Source: an uncultured bacterium (GTDB lineage: Bacteria; CAIJMQ01). From it: a DNA stretch of 64,000 nucleotides. This document shows, one piece after another, positions 28,291 through 37,956 of this stretch. Both the position numbers and the translations under genes were made by a program. The stretch's first letter is position 1, and each line of letters opens with the position of its first letter. Below the pieces are notes generated by a model that did no database searches, was not told the DNA's origin, and worked only from the letters and a program-made list of their open reading frames with translations. The stretch covers positions 695 through 64,694 of the forward strand of contig CAIJMQ010000121.1 of assembly GCA_903821905.1 (NCBI GenBank). Direction: 5' to 3'.

Positions 28291-29720
28291 TTTTCACTTA
28301 TTTTTTTCCCAGACACAACATCGGGACGGACAGCGTTAACTTTCAATTTGAACGTCACACCTTTATCAGTCCTTTGAATTTCAACATCTATACCTGAAAA
28401 AAGTGGTAAATTTCCAAAAGTCTCTTTTATTTTATCAATATCTGCAGAAGATGAAGCACTACCAGAAATTGTTATATTGTCATCTTTTAATTTGAAGGAA
28501 TCCAGTTCTATCTGTAGGTTTTTATCTATATTCTGAGATATTACCCTTAAGGCTTCAAGTGGGCTTAAAAATTCTGATTTTGACTGAATTGCACTATTTT
28601 TAAGACTGTTGATTCTGGATTTCATCTGAAGAAGCGGGGTTCTTGTATCCGTAGCTTCAGGAAAAGTTTCTCTAAAAATATTTTCTACCCGGGAACTTAG
28701 CAAGTTAAATCTTTTTTCGTAGATACTCCTTTCAAACTGAAGCCTGAAACTGAGTATAATTAATACAAGAGTTACAAGAAAAAAGCTAAATCGTATTCCT
28801 TTCCTTTCCTTTTCCTTAAGAACTGATGGATAGAAATTTATTGAATGTGGTCTTAAGCTTCCATAACTGGCATAAAGTATTTCCGGGGTAAAATTTAAAT
28901 CTCCTTGCTCTACAGGTAACGCAGTATTAAGCTCTACAGATTTTACAGTAATATTAAAATTTTTAGTCAACCAATCACATGTTTTCGTTTGTTCTTCTAG
29001 TGCCTGCAGACCAGAAAAGTAAATTTTTCCGAGCCCGCTTTCAAAAAACTCAGAACCTTGGGAAAGTAAAACAGTGCTGATTTCTCTTTTAAGTTCTGAC
29101 TTCTCACTTATAAGGTTTTTTCTCCCGATGGGAATCTCCCTCAAATCTGTAAGTTGCCTATTCTTAAGTATAGAGAAAATATATGTTGAGTTCTCCCCTA
29201 TATATAACCATAATATGTTTTCCTTTATTTGAACATGAGATGCAAAAAGGTTAACAAGAGTAAGCGGGGTAAGATAGATCTCGTTACATGCTAATTCTGC
29301 AGAATTTATCAATTCTATCTGTTCATTCAAAATATCCTCTGGGATAACGAAAGTCATAACTTCCAGATTATTATTTTTTGCATGAACAGGATAAAAAAAT
29401 ACTTTTGTATTCTCCACAGGAATAGGAATATGCGGTTCTACGGCAAATCGTATGCTCTCCCTGATTTTGGATATTCTTCTATAAGGGAATGCGATTTTCC
29501 TTATATAAACAGATGACATCGGCAAAGAACAAATAGCTTGTACTGATACTGCTTTGTTATCTGAAACAAATTTTTTAATAAATTCTACTGCCTTGTCTTT
29601 ATTCCCGGCTTCTATTTCATATTCCTTATAATCTTTTATAAAAACCTTATCTTTCCCGATATGGAAAAACAGGAGTTTTAATTTGTTCTTATCTTTTTGA
29701 AAGGAAAGTAATTTCTTCAT
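28287..29720 (-). CDS. gspL: T2SS GspL-like protein (PilM-like cytoplasmic domain + TM + PilN-like periplasmic domain) (module A)
   Basis: 477 aa. ~315-aa cytoplasmic part, a single TM (FSFFLVTLVLIILSF) and a ~140-aa periplasmic part. Its position between the K-like and M-like genes supports the call. Confidence 0.6.
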   Translation of the reverse strand: MKKLLSFQKDKNKLKLLFFHIGKDKVFIKDYKEYEIEAGNKDKAVEFIKKFVSDNKAVSVQAICSLPMSSVYIRKIAFPYRRISKIRESIRFAVEPHIPIPVENTKVFFYPVHAKNNNLEVMTFVIPEDILNEQIELINSAELACNEIYLTPLTLVNLFASHVQIKENILWLYIGENSTYIFSILKNRQLTDLREIPIGRKNLISEKSELKREISTVLLSQGSEFFESGLGKIYFSGLQALEEQTKTCDWLTKNFNITVKSVELNTALPVEQGDLNFTPEILYASYGSLRPHSINFYPSVLKEKERKGIRFSFFLVTLVLIILSFRLQFERSIYEKRFNLLSSRVENIFRETFPEATDTRTPLLQMKSRINSLKNSAIQSKSEFLSPLEALRVISQNIDKNLQIELDSFKLKDDNITISGSASSSADIDKIKETFGNLPLFSGIDVEIQRTDKGVTFKLKVNAVRPDVVSGKKISEK

Positions 29721-29763
29721 TTTGATTTGGGATACAACGGTAGAATATAGAATTCATTATTCA

Positions 29764-30822
29764 TCAGTTTTCTTTCCAAAATTTCACTTTAACATCGGAC
29801 TGGTTTCTCTCTACAATCGCGATCACTTTTTTTTCTATTTTACCAACTTTAGTTTGTGCTGTGATAGTAAAAATATTGCTTTTAACATCAAAAAGTCCTG
29901 CTCCTGATATTTTCCCAACCACATCTTCAGGGAAAAATTCTTTAAGCTCTGACAGTTCGTAAAAAGGACTACCAATTCTATATTCCATTATATCAGTAAT
30001 TATAGCATCATCTATAATTTCAACTGTTTCTGTTCCCTTATCTCCAGAAGAAGAAATACAAGCTTGAATTGTAGATTTAAGTACTTCTTTGCCGGCAGTA
30101 TTGATATTTATTTTCCCATTGGTAAAAACAGTTATAAAATTTACCAACCCCGTATCACCGTTATAATTTTCTTTAGTTATACCCTTTATCATCATGACTT
30201 CTTCAACCGTATCAAGAGGAGCGTTCTTGCAAGGATATGGAAGAGGTAATTCTGCATAATAATCACTTTCAGCTCCTTTATTTTCACCAACTGTCACAGA
30301 TGAAAGTACGGTAACTTCATCATCAGCGTCTATCCAATCTATGATAGCGGGGACAATCGAGTATTCTAAGCCGATGTTATCGCAAAGCTCAAACATCTGC
30401 TCAATCCTTAAAGTTTTTCTTTCATTTCTTGCATTAAGATAATTCAAGTTTATCTTCCCGCTTTCGTCTCCTATATTTATTTTTACAATTCCGTCATCAA
30501 AGGTCAATTCCCCCTGTTTAGCCCAATCCTCTCCTAACCCGTCAATTTTCAAATCCTCGTCATTTTTAAGCACTGCAATACCATAATTTATTCCGCCTTT
30601 AGCTAAAGCAGAAGCTTTAAGAGAATCAATGGAATTTTGCAGAAGAGAAATCTCCTGATTCATTTTGGTGGATAAATTAATCGTTAAAGCACTTAAGACA
30701 GCCAGCATAATCAATGTAAAAATAAGTACCATTCCTTTTCTGCAGGATTGGGAACCGAGAATTACAGGTTGAATATTATGATTTTTAGTATTCTGACTTC
30801 TAATTTTGGATTTGTTACTCAT
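29764..30822 (-). CDS. gspK: T2SS minor pseudopilin GspK (module A)
   Basis: 352 aa. N-terminus RKG/MVLIFTLIMLAVLSAL is a pilin-like hydrophobic helix without Glu+5, typical of GspK. Also GKINLNYLN and the C-terminal helix-hairpin-helix GKININTAGKEVLKS, and FTITAQTKVG. Confidence 0.8.
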   Translation of the reverse strand: MSNKSKIRSQNTKNHNIQPVILGSQSCRKGMVLIFTLIMLAVLSALTINLSTKMNQEISLLQNSIDSLKASALAKGGINYGIAVLKNDEDLKIDGLGEDWAKQGELTFDDGIVKINIGDESGKINLNYLNARNERKTLRIEQMFELCDNIGLEYSIVPAIIDWIDADDEVTVLSSVTVGENKGAESDYYAELPLPYPCKNAPLDTVEEVMMIKGITKENYNGDTGLVNFITVFTNGKININTAGKEVLKSTIQACISSSGDKGTETVEIIDDAIITDIMEYRIGSPFYELSELKEFFPEDVVGKISGAGLFDVKSNIFTITAQTKVGKIEKKVIAIVERNQSDVKVKFWKEN

Positions 30823-30827
30823 AGGAT

Positions 30828-31412
30828 TTATATTCCCGTTGGGATATAGATTATTGTTGTAAATTTTTCTTTGTGTAATGAAGTTAATGTAATTCTGACA
30901 ATTTGCAGCTTTTGCCCTTCCTTTATAGAATCATACCAATTGTGCCCGTCTGAATATTTGAAACTAAAATCCTTTAAATCTTCGCTCCAAACATATGATT
31001 TAAAGATTACATTTTCTTCCAACGAGAAATTTATTAGAGGTTCTTCTTCTCTTGTAAGTAAATTTTGACCCTCATCATTGGTAATAAATTTATAAGTAAT
31101 TTTCATTAAACATGAAAAAGGGAAATATATAGACCCTGCTGTGGTATAGAAACTAAAGGTTTTTTCATCTCCTTCAAATGATTTTGTATCAGAAATAGAA
31201 TAAATTGAAGATATCTCATTATCCATTCTATTAAAGATATTTCTTGCAACGTAGTAATCTTCTTCCTTTGTGTCCCATTTTTCTAATGTATTCATAGTTA
31301 AAGAGTAAGTGGAAATAATTACCAAAAATATAAGGCTTGAAATTGCTAAAGCAATGAGAACTTCAAGGAGAGTAAAGCCTGAATAAATACTTCCTTTTTT
31401 TTGTTTCTTCAT
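30828..31412 (-). CDS. gspJ: T2SS minor pseudopilin GspJ-like (module A)
   Basis: 194 aa. Prepilin motif MKKQKKGSIYSG/FTLLEVLIALAISS. Size and position fit GspJ. Confidence 0.7.
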   Translation of the reverse strand: MKKQKKGSIYSGFTLLEVLIALAISSLIFLVIISTYSLTMNTLEKWDTKEEDYYVARNIFNRMDNEISSIYSISDTKSFEGDEKTFSFYTTAGSIYFPFSCLMKITYKFITNDEGQNLLTREEEPLINFSLEENVIFKSYVWSEDLKDFSFKYSDGHNWYDSIKEGQKLQIVRITLTSLHKEKFTTIIYIPTGI

Positions 31413-31413
31413 A

Positions 31414-31818
31414 TTATTTCTTTATCCCAGCCTGCTGAATATTTGCGGATAGGCAATAAGTATTAAGGACAATTTTTGTGTTTTCTGGGCCAGAGATAAC
31501 TATCTTTACGCTTTTTAATCCATCAATTTCCGTATCTTCTACTTTTCTCATCCAAGAGAATTCAGGATAGTCTGAAAAATCACCATCTTCGTCTCCTGTA
31601 ATAAGATTTTCTTGTGTAAAAGTATTGGTGAGAATTTCGTTCCCTAAAAATATAGCAGTCGTATAATAGCTTGAATGCATCCCTTCCCTTAAGGACAAGA
31701 GCTGCGAATGAATTAAAACAACCAGTGTAATGCTTACTATGGCAAGAGAAATTAGCACTTCAAGGAGAGTAAAACCTTTATTTTTTATTAAAAACCTAAG
31801 ATTGAATTTTCGTCTCAT
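31414..31818 (-). CDS. gspI: T2SS minor pseudopilin GspI-like (module A)
   Basis: 134 aa. Prepilin motif ...LIKNKG/FTLLEVLISLAIVS. Size and position fit GspI. Confidence 0.7.
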   Translation of the reverse strand: MRRKFNLRFLIKNKGFTLLEVLISLAIVSITLVVLIHSQLLSLREGMHSSYYTTAIFLGNEILTNTFTQENLITGDEDGDFSDYPEFSWMRKVEDTEIDGLKSVKIVISGPENTKIVLNTYCLSANIQQAGIKK

Positions 31819-32386
31819 ATTCTTGCAGATATCCTAATTCAATATGACTCTGACCTGTTAAAGGATTTACAAAAAGCGTGTAGGATTTTTCTTTCTCATC
31901 AATAAAATGTATGGTAACAGGTCCAACAAAACCGGAGGGATGAAAAATTAAAGGCGTTATTCCTTCAGTAATTTTATTACCTTCAGAATTTATTATATCC
32001 TGAACCTTCAAATAAGAGCTTATTCTTCTTGTACTAAGAATATTCTCCTCTTTATCTTCCCCTTCTAGTAAAGATATAGCCTTTAACTCATTTTTATCCA
32101 AATCAAATAGTAGGAGAATTTCTTCATTTTTGACTTGTGCTAAATTATATAGATATTTTATAGTCTGGGATATATTTTCAATATCTCTTTGTCTATCTAG
32201 TTTTGATTTAGGAATTTTAAGATTCGGCAAGACAAGAGCAAGGACCATACCAATAACTAAAATAACAAGGGACAATTCAAGAAGGGTAAAACCATTATTA
32301 CCTATTAAAGATTTTTTTTTGATATTATTACTCCAGATCCCAGGAATAGATATCCGCATCGAAGCCTTCCCCGCCCTCCTTACCAT
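31796..32386 (-). CDS. gspH: T2SS minor pseudopilin GspH-like (module A)
   Basis: Prepilin motif ...SLIGNNG/FTLLELSLVILVIG. The track start at 32386 lies deep inside gspG. ATG 32359 (MRISIPGIW...) is more likely, but the start remains uncertain. Confidence 0.65.
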   Translation of the reverse strand: MVRRAGKASMRISIPGIWSNNIKKKSLIGNNGFTLLELSLVILVIGMVLALVLPNLKIPKSKLDRQRDIENISQTIKYLYNLAQVKNEEILLLFDLDKNELKAISLLEGEDKEENILSTRRISSYLKVQDIINSEGNKITEGITPLIFHPSGFVGPVTIHFIDEKEKSYTLFVNPLTGQSHIELGYLQEYETKIQS

Positions 32387-32768
32387 CTCTTCCCAGAGAT
32401 ATTATGTCATAATCATTTTGTATCCCCGGGCACAAATAAATAAAAGGATTACCCCATGCATCCAAAGGAACTTTCCCTTTTTCTAAATATCCGCCCTCAT
32501 CGTAATTTTCAGGAATTTTTCCTGTAGTTGGTTTTTCTATCAAAGCTCTCAACCCCTGTTCAGTGGAAGGATAAAAACCGCAGCTCAATTTAAAAAGCTT
32601 CAAAGCCTGCTCAAGATTACTAATTTGAATCTTTGTTGTTTTAACTTTTGCGTTCTCGAATTGGACCATAAACTTCGGAGATACAATTGCTACTAATAAA
32701 CCAATGATGACAATTACTACCATTATTTCGATGAGGGTAAACCCTGCTTGATAATTTTTTATTTTCAT
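32328..32768 (-). CDS. gspG: T2SS major pseudopilin GspG (module A)
   Basis: 146 aa. MKIKNYQAG/FTLIEIMVVIVIIGLLVAIVSPKF, then DAWGNPFIYLCPGIQNDYDIISLGRDGKEGGEGFDADIYSW, which is the classical GspG C-terminal (calcium-site) pattern. Confidence 0.9.
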   Translation of the reverse strand: MKIKNYQAGFTLIEIMVVIVIIGLLVAIVSPKFMVQFENAKVKTTKIQISNLEQALKLFKLSCGFYPSTEQGLRALIEKPTTGKIPENYDEGGYLEKGKVPLDAWGNPFIYLCPGIQNDYDIISLGRDGKEGGEGFDADIYSWDLE

Positions 32769-32770
32769 TG

Positions 32771-33634
32771 TTATTCTCTCCTTGCAATCACTATTCTATC
32801 TATACCACTATAGTCTTTTTTTATAACTATGTCTTCAAAATTTCCTTTACTTTGTATAAGATTCTTTACAGCTTCTGCCTGGTCATAACCTACTTCCATT
32901 ATAAGATATCCGCCTTTCCTAAGAAGAAACTTACCACCTTCTATCAGTAATGGATAAAAATAAAGGCCGTCATATCCTCCATCTAAAGCTTCTTTTGGCT
33001 CATATCCCAATTCGGAAGCTAAATCACTTAACTGGCTGCTCCTAATATAAGGGGGGTTACTCACTAAAGCATCTATTCTACCTTTCCACTTCTTGTCATT
33101 AAAATAATCCCAGAGATTGCAATTAATGAAAGACACTGTATTTTCCATGTTCAATCTTTTCCTATTTTCGAAAGCAACATTAATAGCTTTTGATGAAATA
33201 TCAGTAGCATATACATAAATATCTTTATTGTATTTAGCTAATGATAAAGCAATATTCCCACAACCAGTTCCCACGTCAACTATAGTATGCTGACTGGCAT
33301 CTTGAAGTGGAAAAAGTTTTAATGTTTCCTCTACTAGAATTTCTGTTTCTGGACGCGGGATTATTACATTTTCATTTACTATAAAATCCAAAGACATAAA
33401 TTCTTTTTTGCCTATAATGTAAGCTAAAGGATAATGTTGAGCTCTTTTCTTTATTATGCTTGAAAATTTTTTAACGACAGAATCGGAAAGTTCTCTTGAC
33501 GGATGAGAATAAACATAACTTTTATCTTTACCCAGTAAATGCGATAGCAAAATTACGGTTTCAATATGTGGACTATCTATATTGGATTCTTCTATCGGTT
33601 GAACACCTAAAGATATAACATTTTCCAATTTCAT
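32771..33634 (-). CDS. prmC: Release-factor glutamine N5-methyltransferase
   Basis: 287 aa. SAM motif VDVGTGCGNIA and NPPY motif (SNPPYIRSS). ATGA overlap with prfA upstream. Confidence 0.9.
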   Translation of the reverse strand: MKLENVISLGVQPIEESNIDSPHIETVILLSHLLGKDKSYVYSHPSRELSDSVVKKFSSIIKKRAQHYPLAYIIGKKEFMSLDFIVNENVIIPRPETEILVEETLKLFPLQDASQHTIVDVGTGCGNIALSLAKYNKDIYVYATDISSKAINVAFENRKRLNMENTVSFINCNLWDYFNDKKWKGRIDALVSNPPYIRSSQLSDLASELGYEPKEALDGGYDGLYFYPLLIEGGKFLLRKGGYLIMEVGYDQAEAVKNLIQSKGNFEDIVIKKDYSGIDRIVIARRE

Positions 33635-34707
33635 TTTTGTTCAGCCTCTAATTGTTCTTTCAAAGGTTCTGTTATCAGTTCCAGTTTACCATCCAGAAGA
33701 TCTTTTAATCTATAAATTGTAACATTTACTCTGTGGTCTGTAATCCTTCCCTGAGAAAAATTATACGTCCTTATTTTTTCACTTCTATCACCGGTTTTTA
33801 TCTGGTTTTTCCTCTGCTCTGACATTTCCTCTGTTTGTTTATCCGTATAGTATTGAATAAGTTTCGCTTTAAGTACTCTTAAAGCCCGGGCTCTATTTTG
33901 ATGTTGGGATCTTTCGTCTTGGCATTGAACTCTTATTCCCGAAGGTTTATGGAATATGCGAATTGCTGAAGATGTCTTGTTAACATGTTGACCGCCAGGA
34001 CCTGAAGCTCTATATGTATCTATTTCCAAATCTGCAGGATTTATCTTTATCTCCATTTCTCCCACTTCGGGAAGAACTGCTACCGTAGCTGTTGAAGTAT
34101 GTACTCTTCCTAAAGATTCTGTCTCTGGAACCCGTTGGACCCGATGGACTCCTGATTCATACTTTAGACTTGCCCATGTACCTTCGCCTTCCACTACATA
34201 AATTATTTCTTTTAATCCCCCCCTATCGGAAAAATTAGAGTCCATTATTTCTATTTTCCATCCCTTTCTCTCGGCAAATTTTGAATACATCTTGAACAAG
34301 TCTCTGGCAAAAAGAGATGCTTCATCACCACCTGTCCCTGCTCTTATTTCCATAATCACATTACCCTGTTCTTCCCTGGAAATAGGTTTTAAAAGAGTAT
34401 TCCATTCTTTCTGTAAAGTTTTTTTTCTTTCTTCCAATCCTTTTAGTTCTTCTTCTACAAGACCAACCATATCTGAATCTTTCTCTTTGTTAAGCCACTT
34501 TTTTAGATTTTCGATTTCGGAAATTGTCTTCTGATATTCTTTGAAAGTTCTTATTTTAGGTTCTAATTCTTTTACAAGGCGGCTGTTTTCTTTCAATCGG
34601 ACTGGGTCTTTGATTATTTCAGGTGAAGAGAGGATAGCAGTAATTCTTGTATACTCCTGTTCAATCCTTTGTCCTTCTATATTTATATCCATGCTATTTA
34701 GAACCAT
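33631..34707 (-). CDS. prfA: Peptide chain release factor 1
   Basis: 358 aa. GGQ motif (SGPGGQHVNKT) and an RF1-type P-x-T tripeptide (RVPETE). Confidence 0.95.
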   Translation of the reverse strand: MVLNSMDINIEGQRIEQEYTRITAILSSPEIIKDPVRLKENSRLVKELEPKIRTFKEYQKTISEIENLKKWLNKEKDSDMVGLVEEELKGLEERKKTLQKEWNTLLKPISREEQGNVIMEIRAGTGGDEASLFARDLFKMYSKFAERKGWKIEIMDSNFSDRGGLKEIIYVVEGEGTWASLKYESGVHRVQRVPETESLGRVHTSTATVAVLPEVGEMEIKINPADLEIDTYRASGPGGQHVNKTSSAIRIFHKPSGIRVQCQDERSQHQNRARALRVLKAKLIQYYTDKQTEEMSEQRKNQIKTGDRSEKIRTYNFSQGRITDHRVNVTIYRLKDLLDGKLELITEPLKEQLEAEQK

Positions 34708-34783
34708 TGTGTAGTATTTAACAGTTAGTAACCAGTAGCCGGATAGACCAGGTTTTTGTTTTTTCTAAATATTTCACTAATTA

Positions 34784-34993
34784 CTATTTTGACTGTTTCT
34801 TGCCATATTTTTTTTCAAATTTTTCTACTCTTCCTGCTGTATCTACAAATTTTTGTTTACCAGTAAAAAAAGGATGACATTGAGAACATATATCTACTTT
34901 CATCTCTTTTTTTGTGGAGTGAGTAACCACTGCATTTCCACAGGCACATCTTACTGTAATTTTTTCATATTGTGGATGTATATCTTTTTTCAA
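34784..34993 (-). CDS. rpmE: 50S ribosomal protein L31 (Cys-containing type A)
   Basis: 69 aa: [20 protein letters not shown]...[24 protein letters not shown]. Confidence 0.95.
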   Translation of the reverse strand: MKKDIHPQYEKITVRCACGNAVVTHSTKKEMKVDICSQCHPFFTGKQKFVDTAGRVEKFEKKYGKKQSK

Positions 34994-35028
34994 GTTCGCT
35001 TCCTCCTTTTTTTAATTTTGCATTTTTA

Positions 35029-36321
35029 TCATACTTCCTTTAAATTCATGCTTTTCAAAAACTCCTTATTACCTTTGGTCTTACTTAGTCTTTCAAGAAG
35101 CAATGTCACTTTTTCTACCAGACTCAATGAGGATATTGCTTTTCTCAACATGTATATTTTTCTCAAATCGTCTTCTTCTATTAAAATTTCCTCTTTTCTT
35201 GTCCCTGAACGTTCTATATCTATAGCCGGGAAGATCCGTTTATCAACAAGACCTCTGTCTAAAATCAATTCCATATTCCCCGTACCTTTAAATTCTTCAA
35301 AGATAACATCATCCATTCTACTGCCTGTATCTATTAAACATGTACCTATGATAGAGAGGCTTCCACCTTCTTCAATATTCCGCGCAGCACCAAAAAACCT
35401 TTTCGGTTTAATAAGCGCATTGGAATCAACACCACCTGATAATAGCTTTCCGCCAGGTGGCATAATAGCATTATGCGCTCTGGCTAAACGAGTTATAGAA
35501 TCCAACAGTATTACAACATCTTTCTTGTGTTCCACTAATCTCTTTGCCTTATTAAGAACAATATCCGCTATCTGTATATGTCTCTCCGGAGACTCATCAA
35601 AAGTAGCCGCTATTACTTCCCCTTTTACCGAACGCTTCATATCTGTTACTTCTTCAGGCCGTTCTCCTATAAGTAGAATAAATTGAATTGTTTCGGGATC
35701 ATTCTTCGTTATTGCATTTGAAATTTTTTTCAGAAGGACCGTCTTGCCAGCACGCGGAGGAGATACAATTAACCCTCTTTGTCCTTTCCCAATAGGGATA
35801 AGCATATCAATAACTCGGGTAGATAGTTCTTCAGGTGTAGTTTCAAGCATAAAGCGAGGTTCTGGGAATATAGGGGTTAATTCCTCGAAAATCTTTATTT
35901 CCTTTGCATTTTCAGGATTATCGTGATTAACTCCGTCTACCCTCACAAGAGCGGGATACTTTTCATTTTCTTTAGGTGGTCTAACCTGACCTGAGACTAA
36001 ATCGCCTGTGCGCAAAGAAAACTTTCTAATTTGTGAAGGGGAAATGTAAATATCATCCGAAGAAGGCATATAGTTAAATTTCATAGAACGTAAAAATCCA
36101 AATCCTTCGGGTAGAATTTCAAGAACACCTTCACCAAAAATATACCCATTTTTTTCGCTCTGTTTCTTGAGAATTTCCATTGACAGTTCATCTTTATTTT
36201 TACTTTTGCTACTTTTTATACCCATATCCCCAGCTAAACCTTCTAGTTCTTTTACGGTTTTCTGTTTCAGTTCACCCATATTTACGCTTATACTTTTATT
36301 AACTTCTAATTCTTGACTCAT
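35029..36321 (-). CDS. rho: Transcription termination factor Rho
   Basis: 430 aa. Rho N-terminal domain, cold-shock-like RNA-binding domain (GFGFLR) and Walker [17 protein letters not shown]-terminal region is typical. Confidence 0.95.
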   Translation of the reverse strand: MSQELEVNKSISVNMGELKQKTVKELEGLAGDMGIKSSKSKNKDELSMEILKKQSEKNGYIFGEGVLEILPEGFGFLRSMKFNYMPSSDDIYISPSQIRKFSLRTGDLVSGQVRPPKENEKYPALVRVDGVNHDNPENAKEIKIFEELTPIFPEPRFMLETTPEELSTRVIDMLIPIGKGQRGLIVSPPRAGKTVLLKKISNAITKNDPETIQFILLIGERPEEVTDMKRSVKGEVIAATFDESPERHIQIADIVLNKAKRLVEHKKDVVILLDSITRLARAHNAIMPPGGKLLSGGVDSNALIKPKRFFGAARNIEEGGSLSIIGTCLIDTGSRMDDVIFEEFKGTGNMELILDRGLVDKRIFPAIDIERSGTRKEEILIEEDDLRKIYMLRKAISSLSLVEKVTLLLERLSKTKGNKEFLKSMNLKEV

Positions 36322-36355
36322 ATGTATTCCTCCTTACTCCTTTAAATTTTGTTTA

Positions 36356-36976
36356 TCAATGAATTTTTGATTGTTTATTTTTAGTTTTAAGATTAGTACT
36401 TATTTGTTTCACCTGGCATTCTGTATCTTTAAATGTACCATTGTTATCAACTATAAAATGAGCTTTTTTCGCCTTTTCCGCTAAAGGTAATTGCGATTCT
36501 ATTCTCTGTTTAGCTTCTTTTAGAGATAACCCTTTTTCTTTTCTTAAAGTCTCAATCTGTGCTTTTTGCTTTCTAACAACCACTATTATCTTGTCCACCA
36601 TATTTTCCATTTTAGCCTCAAAAAGAAGTGGTATGTCTACTACTACCCATTCCCTATTACTTTTTCTAAGTTGGTTTAATTTGTCCTTTATTATTTTTTT
36701 AACTGACGGATGAATAATACTTTCCAGTTTTTTTCTCTTGCATGGATTACTAAATATTTCCTGTCCGAGTTTCTTTCTATCTATGTAAGAACTATCTTTT
36801 AAAATCTCTTTACCAAAGTACTGAACTACTTCCTCCCATGTTTTTTCACCAGGACAAAGAAATTTATGAGCAATCTTATCGGCATCTATTATCTCCGCTT
36901 TTAGGAGCGAGGAAAACATTCTTGCTACTGTTGTTTTCCCCGTAGCTACGCTGCCTGTAATTCCAACGATTTTCAT
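36356..36976 (-). CDS. coaE: Dephospho-CoA kinase
   Basis: 206 aa. P-loop GITGSVATGKTT, and VVDIPLLFE. Confidence 0.9.
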   Translation of the reverse strand: MKIVGITGSVATGKTTVARMFSSLLKAEIIDADKIAHKFLCPGEKTWEEVVQYFGKEILKDSSYIDRKKLGQEIFSNPCKRKKLESIIHPSVKKIIKDKLNQLRKSNREWVVVDIPLLFEAKMENMVDKIIVVVRKQKAQIETLRKEKGLSLKEAKQRIESQLPLAEKAKKAHFIVDNNGTFKDTECQVKQISTNLKTKNKQSKIH

Positions 36977-37056
36977 TCATCCTTCTTAAGTTGAAGTGGG
37001 ACTGAAAGATAAATCAATTACAAAAGTTTTATTTTAAAAGAATAGTTCCCTTTTCT

Positions 37057-37956
37057 TTAAGAGAAAAGAGTTGGTTCAACTTCTTTCTTAAATTTTTTAA
37101 ATTCTAAGCCTTCAAATATTCTGTTCAACAAAGCCCAGTCTGGAATTGTAACCATTAATTCATCGACACTTACTTCTACAGGTACGTTTTTATCCAAAAT
37201 GAGCAGTTTTTTATTATTTAATGCGATGTTGAAATTGTTCTCTAAACTGGTTCCTACTTTTTTGTTTTTAATTCTCTCTTTAGAGGAAACCACATCTTCC
37301 AGAAAGCCAAACTCATTGAGAAGTTCCTTAGCAGTTTTTTCCCCTATTCCAGGAACTCCGGCTATATTATCTACCGAATCACCAATTAATGCAAGTAGGT
37401 CCGGAATTTTTTCCGGCAAGACACCGAATTTTTCTCTAACTTCCAAAGGCCCAAACAAATTATCTTCTTTAGAAGAGTTTAAAACATTTATTTTATCAGT
37501 AACTATCTGGAGCATGTCTTTATCTGAAGTAACAATTAGTATCTTATCAAAATCATCTCTAAACTTAGAAGCCAAGGTTGCAAGTATGTCATCGGCTTCG
37601 TACCCGTCCGCCTGCAAACATTTAAGATGAAAAGCATCCAGTATCTGGCTAATTCGTGGCAGTTGGCGATGTAAATCATCTGGCATTGGAGGACGATTTT
37701 TCTTGTAGTCGGCAAACTGATAATGTCTGAAAGTAGGAGTTTTGCTGTCAAAACAAATTGCCATATATTTTACATTCTTCTTATTAAGTAGCGACAACAG
37801 CATTTTTGTGAACCCATAAATAGCGCCTGTAGGAAAACCTTCTTTCGTAGTAAATTTAGGTAAAGCATGAAAAGCACGATAAATATAGGAACTTGCATCC
37901 AACAGATAAAGTTCTTTAATTGATTTGGTCACTATCAAACTTCTAACTTTTTGCAA
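37057..37956 (-). CDS. Stand-alone 5'-3' exonuclease / flap endonuclease (Pol I N-terminal domain only)
   Basis: 299 aa. LLDASSYIYRAFHALP, acidic-cluster motifs (EADD, DKD) and H3TH GVPGIGEKTAKELL. No 3'-5' exonuclease or polymerase domain follows; the ORF ends after ~300 aa. Confidence 0.85.
   Translation of the reverse strand: MQKVRSLIVTKSIKELYLLDASSYIYRAFHALPKFTTKEGFPTGAIYGFTKMLLSLLNKKNVKYMAICFDSKTPTFRHYQFADYKKNRPPMPDDLHRQLPRISQILDAFHLKCLQADGYEADDILATLASKFRDDFDKILIVTSDKDMLQIVTDKINVLNSSKEDNLFGPLEVREKFGVLPEKIPDLLALIGDSVDNIAGVPGIGEKTAKELLNEFGFLEDVVSSKERIKNKKVGTSLENNFNIALNNKKLLILDKNVPVEVSVDELMVTIPDWALLNRIFEGLEFKKFKKEVEPTLFS

Noticed and set aside
32312-32320. Homopolymer T9 (A9 on the coding strand) in the leader-peptide region of the gspH-like gene, plus an A8 at about 31396-31403 at the start of the gspJ-like gene; considered as phase-variation tracts
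   Set aside because: They encode Lys runs (KKK) typical of prepilin leaders in an AT-rich genome. Without population data showing length variation there is no support for phase variation.
34853-35686. 277-aa plus-strand ORF spanning rpmE and rho on the antisense strand
   Set aside because: It overlaps two unmistakable conserved genes. The translated sequence is Ser/Leu/Phe/Ile-rich with no motifs. It is a shadow ORF.
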